A stretch of 64,000 bases of DNA, taken from contig NC_068984.1 of assembly GCF_001194135.2 (NCBI RefSeq), positions 136,059,121-136,123,120 of the forward strand, in the 5' to 3' direction. The notes beneath the pieces are model-generated. The model was not told where the DNA came from. It worked only from the letters and a program-made list of their open reading frames with translations, and searched no databases. Numbering within the stretch: the first letter of the stretch is position 1; every line of letters begins with the position of its first letter. The translations under genes were made by a program, and so were the position numbers. This DNA comes from Octopus bimaculoides. Lineage: Eukaryota. Below are positions 13,247 to 26,962 of the stretch, piece by piece.

Positions 13247-14157
13247 NNNNNNNNNNNNNNNNNNNNNNNNNNNNNNNNNNNNNNNNNNNNNNNNNNNNNN
13301 NNNNNNNNNNNNNNNNNNNNNNNNNNNNNNNNNNNNNNNNNNNNNNNNNNNNNNNNNNNNNNNNNNNNNNNNNNNNNNNNNNNNNNNNNNNNNNNNNNNN
13401 NNNNNNNNNNNNNNNNNNNNNNNNNNNNNNNNNNNNNNNNNNNNNNNNNNNNNNNNNNNNNNNNNNNNNNNNNNNNNNNNNNNNNNNNNNNNNNNNNNNN
13501 NNNNNNNNNNNNNNNNNNNNNNNNNNNNNNNNNNNNNNNNNNNNNNNNNNNNNNNNNNNNNNNNNNNNNNNNNNNNNNNNNNNNNNATATATATATATAT
13601 ATATACATATATATATACGCACTCAGATGTGCGCATGTACATGTGTCGATGTGTGTGTGTTTGTATGTACGTGTGTGTTTACATGTATAAAAATGTTCCA
13701 AAAACGAAAAAAGAAATCAATATATCCAGAATATCCTTAGTCGTGATGACTAAAAAAAATACAGAATTACTTATGATGTTAAAACCATTGCATCTCTGCT
13801 GTCTACGACAGAAATACTTGAAATATTGCTCTGTATATTAGACACAATCTATTTTTATCTGTCTATTTATCAATCTATTTACCTCTTTCATCTCCACTCA
13901 CTGTCTATTCCTGTATTTTTTCTCTTTCTCCTTATTTTTCCAGTATATACAGACCCATACGCAAACTAACACACGCAAACGGATACACACACACACACAG
14001 ACACACACACACACACACACACACACATGCCCACTCATGTATCAGTATACCTATACATCTAGAACAATATCTATGTCTTTATGCACATACACACACATAC
14101 AGACACATGCACACAGGTAACAGTGAAAACGATAGTTATGCCAATTCAAATACATTT

Positions 14158-14159
<2 letters not shown>

Positions 14160-14234
<75 letters not shown>
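14160..14234. repeat. (ATT)n(AGT)n microsatellite
   Basis: Directly visible, abutting a SINE C head. Confidence 0.95.
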
Positions 14235-14237
<3 letters not shown>

Positions 14238-14592
14238 GGTAGTATCAGCAGCGGACACGCAGTCGTAGGATCGCGGTTTCGATTCCCAGACCAGGCGTTG
14301 TGAGTGTTTATTGAGCGAAAACACCTAAGGCTCCACCAGGCTCCGGCAGGGATTGGTGGCGAACCCTGTTATACTCTTTCACCACAACTTTCTCTCACTC
14401 TTTCTTCCGGTTTCTGTTGTACCTGTATTTCAAATGTTGTGTCACGCTAAATCTCCCCGAGAAGTACGTTAAAGGTATACGTGTCTGTGCAGTGCTCAGC
14501 TCCTTGCACGCTAATTTTACGAGAAAGCCGTTCCGTTGATCGGATCAACTGGAACCCTCGTCGTCGTAACCGACGGAGTGCCAACCAACCAA
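14235..14592 (+). mobile_element. SINE family C (tRNA-derived)
   Basis: Head GCAGCGGACACGCAGTCGTAGGATCGCGGTTTCGATTCCCAG matches 63934-64000. 3' end GGAACCCTCGTCGTCGTAACCGACGGAGTGCC followed by (AACC)n. Confidence 0.75.
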
Positions 14593-14607
14593 CCATATAC
14601 GTGTCTC

Positions 14608-14811
14608 TGATTTGTCCGCCACCAATGCTTGATAACCATTATTGATCTCCTTGCATCTTAGTATTGTAATTTAGCGATTTGATAAAGAGAGTTCGATGCA
14701 ATAAGTACCAGGTTTAAAAGTAAGGACTGGGGCGATTTCTTCGACTGAACCGTTCAAGGCAGTGCTCAAAAGTAGCAACATTTCTATGATTGAAACAAGT
14801 AAAAGATAAAA
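14608..14811 (+). mobile_element. SINE family B, diverged 3' half
   Basis: AATAAGTACCAGG...CTGGGGCGATTTCTTCGACT...CAAGGCAGTGCTC...GATTGAAACAAGTAAAAGATAAAAG. Confidence 0.7.
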
Positions 14812-14978
14812 GCTGTAATCTATGGCAGAACTTTTTCTAACCTGAAATATTTTACAAGCAAGCTAAATACTTGAAAGCGTAGAAGTGTATGTCAAATGTC
14901 TTTATGAAAACTTTGATAGAATTTCATTTCGCCCACATGATATCTTTAAGTTATGAAACATTACAAGTCATTAACATA

Positions 14979-15403
14979 GGTGCAGGCGTGGGTGTGTAGT
15001 AAGAAGTCAGCCACATGGTTCAGAGTTCAGGTCCCCTGCGGAGCACCACGGGCAAGAGTCTTCAAATTAAATATAGCAGGGCCGACGAAAGCCTTATGAG
15101 TAGATTTGGTAGACGGAAACTGAAAGAAACGTGTAATATATATATATATGTGTCCGTGTGTGTATATGTGTGTGTGTGTGCGTCTGTCTGTCTGTCTGTG
15201 TTGGTCTGTCCGCTCCGACATGAAAACCGGTGTTGGTTTGTTTACGTCCCCGCAACCTAACAGTTCGGCAAATGATACGGTTAGACTAACTACCAGGCTT
15301 AAAATATAAATAATGGGGTCGATTCATTCCACGAAAATTCTTCAAAGCGGTACCACAACATGGCCACAATCTAACGACTGAAGGAAGTAAAGGATAAAAG
15401 ATA
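14979..15403 (+). mobile_element. SINE family B, full length
   Basis: Head GGTGCAGGCGTGGGTGTGTAGTAAGAAG...CACATGGTTCAGAGTTCAG, body GATTTGGTAGACGGAAACTGAAAGAA, internal (TA)(TG) microsatellite, tail ...CTAACGACTGAAGGAAGTAAAGG. Confidence 0.85.
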
Positions 15404-16828
15404 TAAGAGCGTTCCCGAAAATGTAAAATAACGCAGTCTCTCTTATCTATTGTGCAACCATTACAGACGCATACACAGTTGGATACCCAATACAAATACT
15501 TATCTAGTTTAACATATTGTTAATGTTTTACCATAGCTATGACAACATGCTTTGTGATCCATTACATGCACATATAAATATTCACTTTTTTGCCACACAT
15601 CTCTTCAAATTCTACAAGCAATTCTTCAAGATACTCACCGAGACCAAACCTATTATTCTATCTCATCCTGCTCTTATTCTCCACGTAAGTATGCTTAGTA
15701 GCATCCTCTTTTTTAACTCAATAATCAATAATTTGTTTTATGTCGATTGAATGCACAAATTTGCTTTTATATTCGTTTTTGCTTTTTATCATTATAAGAG
15801 TTTTCTGTTCGAGTTAATTTTCCATTGTTCTATTTATTTTAATTTTTATTCTCAGTATAATTCATTACGTATCCATGTTCACATTTAGTTTTTAATGTAG
15901 ACTACGCTCAATTATTATTACGTATATTATTTTCTACACACATACACGCACCGCACCAAACCATTTTTGCATCTCTTATCAGTATATATACATGTAAGCA
16001 GGTGTGTGCACTGAGGGCATATGTAGGCGAGCATGTGTGCATATATTCACATGTATATATGATCTCTGCATATAAATACATATGTACGTGTGTATGTGTG
16101 AGTGGGTGTATGAGCGTCTGTTAATATATACGTACGAAGGAGTTAGTATATGAATGATGATTGGAATGTGTGAATGTCTGTATGTGTTTATGGTTGTGTA
16201 TATGAGAGTATGTGCACGTTTCTGCTAATATATCCGTGTAGGAATGTAAATATATCTATAAGTATGAATACTCTTATTAATAAACATTTTGCTTTATATG
16301 CACACACACAATTCCAATATGTATCCTTACATAGTAGTATTATGCATACATAAATGCATACGTACATTCATACAGTCAAGCTTATAAGCAGGTGTATATC
16401 TTAATGTATATGCTCATGTATAATTTATGTTTACATTAAAGTTTCTTCAAACGTCGGCATTTATGCAAATTATAGATCATACTCGATTTTACCGTTTTTT
16501 CTTGTAACAATTTATTTCATTTCTCTCGAAATATACTCTAATCGTTCCTTATTCATAATAACATTTCTATATAATGAAACATACCTATTTGTATACGACT
16601 TAACTGGACTTTCATTAGATATTTATATTCATTGGTATTTATATTCATAGATATTTGTCTCTGTTACTTTGTATGTCCTGTTTCCCTCCTACCTTTATTT
16701 ATCTATCTCTCTACTTTTCTTTATCGTTCTATTTTTCTTTCACAAATAACTATGTATGTGTGCATGCAGATGTGTGAGCGAAACCTTGGAACCTCATTTG
16801 CTGTGGGGAAATGCAGACTATTTTTATA

Positions 16829-17048
16829 TTTCTTATTTCTTTAGTGCCCACAAGGGGCTAAACATAGAGGGCACAAAGAAGGACAGACAAAGGGATTAAG
16901 TCGATTACATCGACCCCTGTACCTAACTGGTACTTTATTTATCGACCCAGAAAGCATGAAAGGCAAAATCGACCACGTCGGAATTTGAACTCAAAACGTA
17001 ACGGCAGACGAAATACCGCCATGAATTTCGCCCGACGTGCTAACGCCG
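16829..17048 (-). mobile_element. SINE family A, tail type 1
   Basis: Close match to 11911-12148 (GCCCACAAGGGGCTA...AGTCGATTACATCGACCCC...GGAATTTGAACTC). Confidence 0.9.
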
Positions 17049-17767
17049 ACTTATTTTTATATTTCTCTCTTCATCTATCGTGGTTGTCTGCGATTCTTGG
17101 GGGTCCCCGCAACTGATGTGCCAGGCCATTCTTTTTAAGTTCTCTTTCACAGTCCCCTTCGCTTTCTTTCGCCTTTCAGGGAATCTTGAATAATAGTGCT
17201 CTTGTTATATGACCCTACCGTCACAACTTCTTCATCGTTGTGAGATCTTCCAGTGCACCAGTTCGCTGCTTCATGATTTTACTAACACGCTTATACCTCG
17301 TGTAGTCCAAGTATCAATTGCCAAATTTGGTGCGGTACCGTCTTATATCTAATTTTTGTAACCGCTTCATATATATATATATATATATATATATCGTTGT
17401 TAACTGGGGAACACATATGGCTTGAGTCAATTTGTACACTGCCTGAGGTGAGACATATTTCTTGAAACAGAACTTTTTCTACAGGCTGGACTTGTTTCCA
17501 GATAAGATCTTCAGGTATATATTCTCTGCACGAATTAGGATTTACAACTTTCCCTTAAAAGTTACAGTTTAAAGATTCAAACTGTAAAATCAATTGATTT
17601 ATATGAGCATTTCTTCAGCACATTTGGTCAATAATATCTCACCTATTTGAATTATGCAACTATGGGATACATTTTGGTTTGCCTTATATTTTTATGTGTA
17701 TACATACATATCTATCTATCTACCTCTCTGTCTATCTCCCTCTATATATATTTATATATATCATACA

Positions 17768-17831
<64 letters not shown>

Positions 17832-18286
17832 TGTATATATGTATCTAACTTAGGTCAAAGCCTATATGATAATTACCTAATTCATATTAGGGCAATATTT
17901 TTAACCAAATGCGCTCAGTTAATGTTCAAATAAATCATTTGCTGGTGAGTCATATGTATATAGAGGGAAAGAATAAATGAAGTGTGAAATTCTAATTCAC
18001 AGCAATAAAAGTATAATGCATGGTATTCTTTTGTAGCAAGTCTTTTACCTAGATTTATGTATATAGAAGCACACACATCCACACAATATATATATGCACG
18101 CACACACATTTATATATATATACTTATATATATATGCATGTCGCTATATATCACATGTACTTGTGGCATATGCATTTCCCAATTATTTCAACATAAAACA
18201 TCAAGCATATCCGTCTAAAAGTGATTAACAGCTCTGGTGAGAACAAATGAAGGCCATTTTGAATTTTACATATATGTAAATTAATG

Positions 18287-18480
18287 GTTTCTCGTTTTGG
18301 TACAAGCCCAGGGATTCTGGGAGAGGGCGTAAATGGATCACTTCGACTCCAGTGATCAAATGGTACTTATTTTATCGACCCCAAAATGCTGAATGGCTAA
18401 GTCGATCTCGGTGAAAGTTGGAGTCAGAAGGTATAGTCGAGCAAGTATTTTGCCTGGAGTGTTACCGATTCTACCAGCCT
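18287..18480 (-). mobile_element. SINE family A, old copy
   Basis: GGTACTTATTTTATCGACCCC...AAGTCGATCTCGGTG...CCGATTCTACCAGC. Confidence 0.7.
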
Positions 18481-18597
18481 ACTGCTGTACTATATGTAAA
18501 ATATTGTCAATGACTGGAACAATTAATGGGTAAGCTTTCATTAACCAAACCGAATATGTTCTATTTTATGATAAAAATGAATAATGGGTATACACAG

Positions 18598-18665
<68 letters not shown>

Positions 18666-19434
18666 CATATATCATATATATATGTATATATATTGATACG
18701 TAGTTTCCTGTCCTTTTATAGGTAGCATTAACAAATAAGGCTCTCCATTCAGTGAGAGATAAGTATTATTTGATATCTAAATGAATTGCTATGCATGTTT
18801 GTACAACGTGCATTGTGTCTTGAAGGCATCTTTGGAGCTCAATACACATGATCGCTCTTGTTAGAAAAAATAGGGTGAATGACTATGAGAAAACCGAGAA
18901 AAAACGAATAGGTTGGTGCTAAAAGTGAAACGAGGAAACGAAATGTGAATAAAAATTGAAAAAGAAAGGAAAGAAAAGAAGTGAAAGAAAAACAAGAGTC
19001 GCATCGTCTTTTTCTGTCGAAATCATAATAAAACTAAATTGTGTAGACTAATTCGACGGGGAGGAAGCTAAAGTCTGTGATATTTTGAATATTACTATAA
19101 ATGTACTCAATGTACTACAATGTGTCAGGCGAAAGACTAAAATAAAAAGGGAGTTTCTGACAGGAAATCCTGTCCTCCGGTATTCCTATTCTCATGGTAT
19201 TTCTTCTGGTTTCTTGAACACCGAGTGGAAAAGCTGTCATGGTTATATTTTCGACTGGTACTTTCGTGACAGATAATATCAATCTAAGGTGGTGAATTGT
19301 CGGAATTGCATCAATATTAGGAATATTTACTTGTGTAATTTTCTTCTGCTCGATTAGTATAAGTTCAAATTCCATCATGACATAAATCATTGATATACGT
19401 AGACATTCTTGCAAATTTACACGACTGCTTGGCT

Positions 19435-19506
19435 CCATAGGTACATCTAGATGAGTACAATATTTAGGCACCATAGGTACATCTAGATGAGTACAGCATT
19501 TGGGCC
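19435..19506. repeat. 36-bp tandem duplication
   Basis: CCATAGGTACATCTAGATGAGTACA starts at 19435 and again at 19471. Confidence 0.85.
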
Positions 19507-22500
19507 ATGGCTCGCAGCGGTTTGAGTACAACATATTCCGTCTCTCCACCGTGATGGAAGCTATAGATTGATCATAAGTACTGCTAATTCAAAGAGATAT
19601 TTCGAGTGAGAATGCTTCTGTAATTTTAGAATACCTCTCTTGTGGCACGGTTGCAATTCATTTACATTTTTATTCTAGTGTTTCAAGCAACTCAGATGGC
19701 GATTTTTGTATAAACATCTTTTTCAAATTTAATTTTTAAACATTTTTATCACTACACCGCAGCATATCTTTGAAGCTTCCCTGCTCTTTCGTGGTGTGGA
19801 TAGAAATTTTCTGTTTCTAATTCAAAAAACTGAAATGAGTAGTCTTTAAAATGTAAATTAATTACATATTTTTTTAACACATTGCATTTCTCCCTTTATG
19901 TTACCACAAGATTTTTTCTCATAATACTCATGCTTTTACAATGAAAGTATTAGTGACACTTACACATCATTACATTGAAAAAATCAATGTTTTTATGTTG
20001 TTTCTAATTAAATACTTATACGTCACCTATACGTGTTGTTTCCTTGAAATACACGTGCTTTTAAAATGAAATAAATTTTTTTCTCGCTGTAGAAAAAAAC
20101 TATATCATTTTTGTCTCGGTATTTCAAGTCAACCATGATGTTTACTTTAATATATTTTATATTTATACATACTTCATATACACTTTGTATATTTTTATAC
20201 TTTATATATTCTTTTGCTCGATATATTTCATAAGTATATTTCATAAATACTTTTACATGATATATTTTATATTTACACCTGCTTTATAATTTTACTTAAT
20301 ACATTTTATATTTATTCCTGACTTATATTTTTACTTGATAAATTTTTATAGTTTTTACTTGATGTATAAAGTAAACTTCAGTGCATACGTTATTCATCTA
20401 CTCCTTCTTCGAAAATACGCATAATTTTACACCACATTTACATGTTTTCTTTTTCTTTCTACTAACATAATAAACTGACGTCTCATTTCAAAATTTTAAG
20501 AAAACTAATATTTGAAAAATTTCACGAGAAAATATTATGAACAAAAAACATGTCTGTCCAGACAATATTTTAAAATCAGGAGATGTGTGCCTCTGTGTAA
20601 GTACACATATATTGTAAATACTGTTCATCTCATAATAATGAAGTAGACGACAAATAATGAAGCACAAGTTCAGTCGTACATATCTATGCCCCCAAAATTT
20701 CAAGACTGTCATGTTAAGTCTATAATGAATTTATTTATATATATAGTTGAAATTTATAGAAAATCATCAAGCATATTCTAAAACATCAAGCATATCCGTT
20801 TAAAAATGATTTAACAGCTCTGGTGAGAACAAATGTTGGCCAGACGATGTGTTGTGAAAACTTCATTCTCCGTTGCTGCTGTTGAGACGGTCAAAACATT
20901 GTATGCCCGTTGTACCTTAGTTTCAAGCCTAACACTGACTGGCAATCCATTCTGAGGAGTATCCTGTACTCTCAGCTTCATTTTCTAGAAATTCTGGATA
21001 AATGTTGTCATCACGGGCCCCTAGGCTTGAAGATGACTCTTTTGTTATTTTACATATTTCAGCTTACGAGCTGTGCCCATATAAAGCAACATAACAATAG
21101 CTGTTCCTGATTCGAATCTAGTCTACTACTGTGTACGTATACATGAATATAACACCAAATAAGGATCGAAAAGAAAGCTAATTGATACGTAAAGAAGATA
21201 ACAATATTAAACAATATGTTCATCATTGAAACAAAGATTAACAGCCTGGCAATTGTCAATGGTGTGTCGTAATTTCAGTCGGTAGTGATAATCAGATAAA
21301 TATTAGAATCAAAGTGACAGATTTTATTTCTGAGGTGAAATATATGGAGATTAGACATTACAGCATTATCTTTCCTAATAAATAATTTAAACAGAGAGAA
21401 ATATCCGCAAATTGTATAGGGGAAATATATACTGAAACTATGTTTGTTAACTACAGTTTTATTACTCCTCAGCAATCCTCTAATTTGTATGCGACTGGGT
21501 TTGGATATCTTCTCCTCTCTTAAGGGCATAAATGTCTGCATGTGGCTTCGTCGGCAAATCAGATTGTAAATGTCAGTGACTTAATGTTATGCGTGTTAGA
21601 TATAGGTGAAATATCGATATTTTCTTGTAGTTAACCATACAAGAGAAAGCAATTCCTTGCGGTTAGCTATTCTAAGGGAGATAATCAATTCTAATTCAGG
21701 ATTAGAAATTAGAATTCTAAATCAAACAGCAACGAAGAAGATACACAGAATATAATATTCAATTTTTCCCCTCTCATTCATTACAAACAGCTTAGTATTT
21801 CTCGTCACATTCCATCATTTACTGCACCAATTAATTCTTATTTTGAATCGTCGTGCGACACACAGCGAAAACAATGTTTTACCGAAAAAGAATTCATAGA
21901 AATTACAAACATTAATTCGTCGAAGCAATCTCCTCCTTGTTTGAAGCTTGTTAATATTCGCCGATAACTCTTTTTTTATTGATTATGAGGTAACTAAAAG
22001 AAATTATCAATACTTTAGAAAATGATTGTCTATGAAATGATGGAAAGATAATGTAGCGAATATGCCTCTCGATCGTCCCTGACATGTTTAAACAAATGGT
22101 GGTTTTTGTCCCACAAACACTACAAAGTGTATTGTTTATCCGTCAGATTGTCTGATTGGCAAGAAGATTTGACGTAGCGCTCTCGGGGTACTTCAAGCAG
22201 TTGAACATAACATTTCTCAATTCGAGTCCGTCGGTTGAAGTACCTATCGTCCCACTTCATTATCTCCTTCTACTACCTCCTAACTCTCATCCTTCCCTGT
22301 CTGTCTCTTTCTCACTTTCTTTCGCCCCCCCTCTCTCTCTCTCTCTGCTTAATGACAAAAAGCTTTATTCAAGAGAAAAAAATGATGCTCATTTATTCCG
22401 ATTGTTTAGTCTCCAAATCTATCAGATTTGTATTTGAGACAAAGTTTTGAATTAAACCCAGGTCTACACACCCGTGCACGCGCATATATACATCGTAGAT

Positions 22501-22589
22501 TGATAAGTATATGTACATACGTACCTACACGCAAACACACAGACACGTATATATAGACACACAAATTTATACACACGCACACATACATA

Positions 22590-22800
22590 TACTCTTTTAC
22601 TTGTTTCAGTCATTTGACTGCGGCCATGCTGGAGCACCGCCTTTAGTCGAGCAAATCGACCCCGGGACTTATTCTTTGGAAGCCTAGTACTTATTCTATC
22701 GGTCCCTTTTTGCCGAACCGCTATGTTACGTGGACGTAAACACACCAGCATCGGTTGTCAAGCGATGTTGGGGGGACAAACAAAGACACACAAACACATA
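22590..22800 (-). mobile_element. SINE family B, 3' half (young)
   Basis: TACTCTTTTACTTGTTTCAGTCATTTGACTGCGGCCATGCTGGAGCACCGCCTTTAGTCGAGCAAATCGACCCC... running into the internal microsatellite. Confidence 0.9.
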
Positions 22801-22907
22801 CACACATACATATATATATTATCTTTATTATTATATATATATATATATATATACATATATTTATTTTTATTATTTTACATATATTTCGTTTACTGATNNN
22901 NNNNNNN

Positions 22908-22967
<60 letters not shown>

Positions 22968-23296
22968 AAAGAAACGACGTAAATAAACAATAACAAAAAC
23001 AAATGGGCCTGGATTGATGGTCAATGTGAAAATTATCTCACGTGCTTACTGTCCATCACTACTTTAGTATTGGCGGGCCTTTCCTGATCACAGGTTGGCC
23101 GCATCTGTCCAGTGCGTAATATGAAGATAAGTCTTAGAAATAAAATATTTAAATCGCTTATAATAGATATATTTTATATACATTATAGAAAACGTTTTAA
23201 TCGGTATAAGAAAATATTTGGGATATTTAGTTATCAATAAACAGAAAAGCGACAAGTGATCCGCTCAATATGTTTGGGAAGACATGTAAATAAGGT

Positions 23297-23411
23297 GACA
23301 TCCTCAAACACCCAAGGTGCCGCGCAAGGGGACATCCCCAAATACCCAAGGTGCCGCGCAGTGATGGGATGCCGAAACCATGTCGTTGCAAAGCTTCTTA
23401 CCCACAGAGCC
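23297..23411 (-). mobile_element. SINE family B head fragment with internal duplication
   Basis: Reverse strand reads GGCTCTGTGGGTAAGAAGCTTTGCAACGACATGG...CACTGCGCGGCACCTTGGG. ACCCAAGGTGCCGCGCA appears twice. Confidence 0.65.
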
Positions 23412-23749
23412 GACAGGAATTTTTTCGTTTTTAATATCTGATTAAATACACAACTGGCCTACTTTAAACAAATTGTTAAACTGATTGCACTTCTAAATGA
23501 CGGATCGTTACAAAATCCCATTATTTATAAAACATACATATATATAGTAACCTAGAGGTCCTCGAAGACGCCCAGCAGCACTGAAAAGCAGAAAAACATA
23601 TCTGTAATGTTGATAACACTAGGTCAGCCTTGAATTTTATAAATCATTTCAACACAATATAAAAAATATATGAATTTTATTTTACAAAACTTTCATTATG
23701 TCTAAAGTTATGTGTACAAGCATTCGTTAATATAGCGCAGGAATGTCCC

Positions 23750-23899
23750 GGGGTTAAAAAGCTTGCTTTGAAACTACACCGATTCCAGTAGAGTTCCATA
23801 GTGCTGGATCTTGAGAAAATGTCTTCTGATATAGCCACAAGCCGACCGGTGAATTGTGAGTGAATTTCGCAGACGAAACCGTGTGGAATCCCGTCGTGT

Positions 23900-23982
<83 letters not shown>
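23750..23982 (+). mobile_element. SINE family B, diverged 5' half plus (TG)n
   Basis: AAAAGCTTGCTT...TGTCTTCTGATATAGCC...TTGTGAGTGAATTTCGCAGACGAAAC...CCCGTCG then (TG)n. Confidence 0.7.
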
Positions 23983-23985
<3 letters not shown>

Positions 23986-26432
23986 CGATTAAACGTGGCA
24001 ATGCTGTGATCCATCATAGCTGCAGTTGAATGACTAAAAATGTAGAAAATAAAAGGTATTTTGAGGAGTGGCACAAGAATTAATCTTGGTGAGGAACACT
24101 GCACTAACCAAACTTGATAAATTCAACTCCCTGGTGTTGTTTTTCTCAACAAATAAAATTTTTTTTGAATTTTCTTTTCTGTCTTTGGTCGATATTATTT
24201 CTCACTTTGGGAAAACCCCTGCAAATTGATGCCACAGAAACAATTATTTATTGTCTCTGATGAACTTAAGTTGTATAACTTTACCACCTGATGTCTAAAT
24301 TAACTGTGTTATTGAGGATTAATGCTTTACATTACGTATGCAACATGTCACAAGTTTTAAAATTTGAGATTTTGTTCTCAGAGTCCAGTTGTGAGTTATT
24401 TCACAAAACGAGGGGCGGAGATCTTATTATTGTTGCCCTCGCTACATGTCTGCCATAATCCAGTCTGACTATGATAAAAACAGCACCCGGATCTCTATGA
24501 CTATAGAGATGTTGTTCTTACATGATATATTTATGACTACATTATTTAATGAGCATTTTCTTGTAAAAATGTAAGACGATTTTGATGGAGATTTGGCTTC
24601 TATTTCCATAGATTAAACTACCTTAGTGGCTTCTAAAGCCTAACATTAAGTTGAAATGCCATGTATACGTTTACAGCCGCGTACACACATATGCACGCAT
24701 ATACACTATAATGTTATTCTATAAACGACTGAAGTAAATAGGAACTTCTTTTGAAACAAGTTATTTCAATTTTTTTTTTTGATTTGAAGACGATGAAGAT
24801 GATGCTCAGTCGAGCTTGACAGAAAAATAACAAAATGATTTTTGCTAAATAAGGAAAGAAAAGGGCATTTACGGATAATGAGACTGAAAGAGACTGATAA
24901 TTTACGGATAATGAGACTGAATAAGAAGACTTTGTAGGAATGACTTCCGATGCGTTGTTATAGAGGTTGTGCGTACTTTCGGAGTTTCAAAGTTTCAGAT
25001 ATGTGGTAAGAGTGTTGGACTAGTGGGAAAGACTTAGAGCAGTACGTTGTATTAGTTCTTTAGTTTCTTTTTCAATATCTTTCGTACTTAATGGAGCCAA
25101 GATGTTTGTATGTACACAGACCAAGTCCTTTTGTATACCGAGTTTTTTTTTTCTCGGTGAACAGAAAACTGTTGAGTGAGGAAATAGGGTGGGTGACGGC
25201 TGGATCGAATCCTTGATGTACCCGTAATTCAAAGAGAGAGTCTTGTCACACACTGTACTACGCTGAATCTGCCGGACAGTTTATCAAAGGTACATGGATC
25301 CTTAAAATACCCAGTCAGTTGCACACTTATTCAATGGGTGTGCATTTTAGTTGACGAATCAAATGAATTCTCATCGTCAAAACTAATGAATATCCATTTT
25401 GCGCTCCCATATATGAGATTCATATTCCAATATGTTACACTTTTCGGTATATTAAATTCCACCGTTGAGGGCTTTGCCTTTCATCCTTTCGTTGATGACC
25501 TCTTTCCAGCATATTGGATGTCCACCTAGTGGTCATCCCTTATACACGTGTAATACATACACACACACACATATATATTTTCCGTATTCCCGAGCGTCAT
25601 ACTAATACATCCTTTTGTTATTTACACCACCTGTCCTCGTCTGNNNNNNNNNNAGGAATTATATACGTATATGTCTTCCTGTATACATATAGTTATGTGA
25701 GTGCACGGCTAATTTTGTGTATATGTACGTACATGTGTGTGTCCTTATATATTATATTTAGCTCGGTTGTTTGCTTTTCCGTCTATAAAAATTTCAGCGC
25801 CACGCAATTGTTTTCTAATATGGTACAGTGAAAGAACATAAAAGTGTATGCTTATATTTATTGCATGGACTTGTCAGAAGAAACGATAATAAGCGGGACG
25901 TATGACCAAACTGAATGGTATTTTGTCGTTAAATCATAAAAATGTCTTATCACTAATTCGTTGTATATGCCAGAATATTTAAACACTTTTTATTATCTGT
26001 TTGCCTTGTCTGCTCATCTGCTGTTACAGCGACTTGTTTTTTTTTTTGTTTTTAGTTCGTCAACAATTTTTTTGTTCTTATTTGTGTATATTTCACGTGT
26101 GTTGGTGCATTTGATTGTTTATATGTGTATGCGTGNNNNNNNNNNNNNNNNNNNNNNNNNNNNNNNNNNNNNNNNNNNNNNNNNNNNNNNNNNNNNNNNN
26201 NNNNNNNNNNNNNNNNNNNNNNNNNNNNNNNNNNNNNNNNNNNNNNNNNNNNNNNNNNNNNNNNNNNNNNNNNNNNNNNNNNNNNNNNNNNNNNNNNNNN
26301 NNNNNNNNNNNNNNNNNNNNNNNNNNNNNNNNNNNNNNNNNNNNNNNNNNNNNNNNNNNNNNNNNNNNNNNNNNNNNNNNNNNNNNNNNNNNNNNNNNNN
26401 NNNNNNNNNNNNNNNNNNNNNNNNNNNNNNNN

Positions 26433-26492
<60 letters not shown>

Positions 26493-26573
26493 ATACACAT
26501 ACATACACACACACACACACACGCACACACGTGTATTAATACATATGCAGGTAGGCATTCTAGCCAACACATA

Positions 26574-26962
26574 TACGAGAGGTTGTTGAAAATTTCTTGG
26601 TTTTAAGGGTGTCGCGAAAAACCTGGCTGGAGACACAACCTTCAGAGCATTTTACAGGGCTTAGAAAAACTGAAGGACCGCTGCAATAAGTGTGTCTATC
26701 TGGAAGAAGTACACGCTGAATAAAATCATGATTAACCGAAACTCCTGTATTTTCTTTTACCCCGTTGTGTCGACGCCCCCAAGCGAAGAAGTATGCTCGA
26801 CCAAGACATATAAATAGAGGTAGTCTGACCGTGGTAGCGGGTAGACTGACAGTTGAGTAGCAGTCGGTTAGCGGTTGAGTAGAGATCATCCGAAGGTGCT
26901 AGATAGCAGTAGCTTGAGACATACCATACCGAAAGCCAGGATCTTTTCAGTGGCCCCTCGTA
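26574..26962 (+). mobile_element. Mariner-derived MITE with ~165-bp insertion
   Basis: TA-flanked imperfect TIRs CGAGAGGTTGTTGAAAATTTCTTGGTTTT and AAAGCCAGGATCTTTTCAGTGGCCCCTCG. Residual C-terminus ILQGLEKLKDRCNKCVYLEEVHAE* resembles the mariner end GI.KL..RW.KC....G.Y.E*. Confidence 0.85.

Noticed and set aside
17085-17365. Possible LINE coding remnant on the minus strand
   Set aside because: It looks coding-derived, but I could not identify a diagnostic motif.
24868-24922. 20-bp direct repeat with 33-bp period (also 19435 and 33947) as a CRISPR-like array
   Set aside because: Only two units each, in a eukaryotic context with no cas genes; simple slippage duplications.
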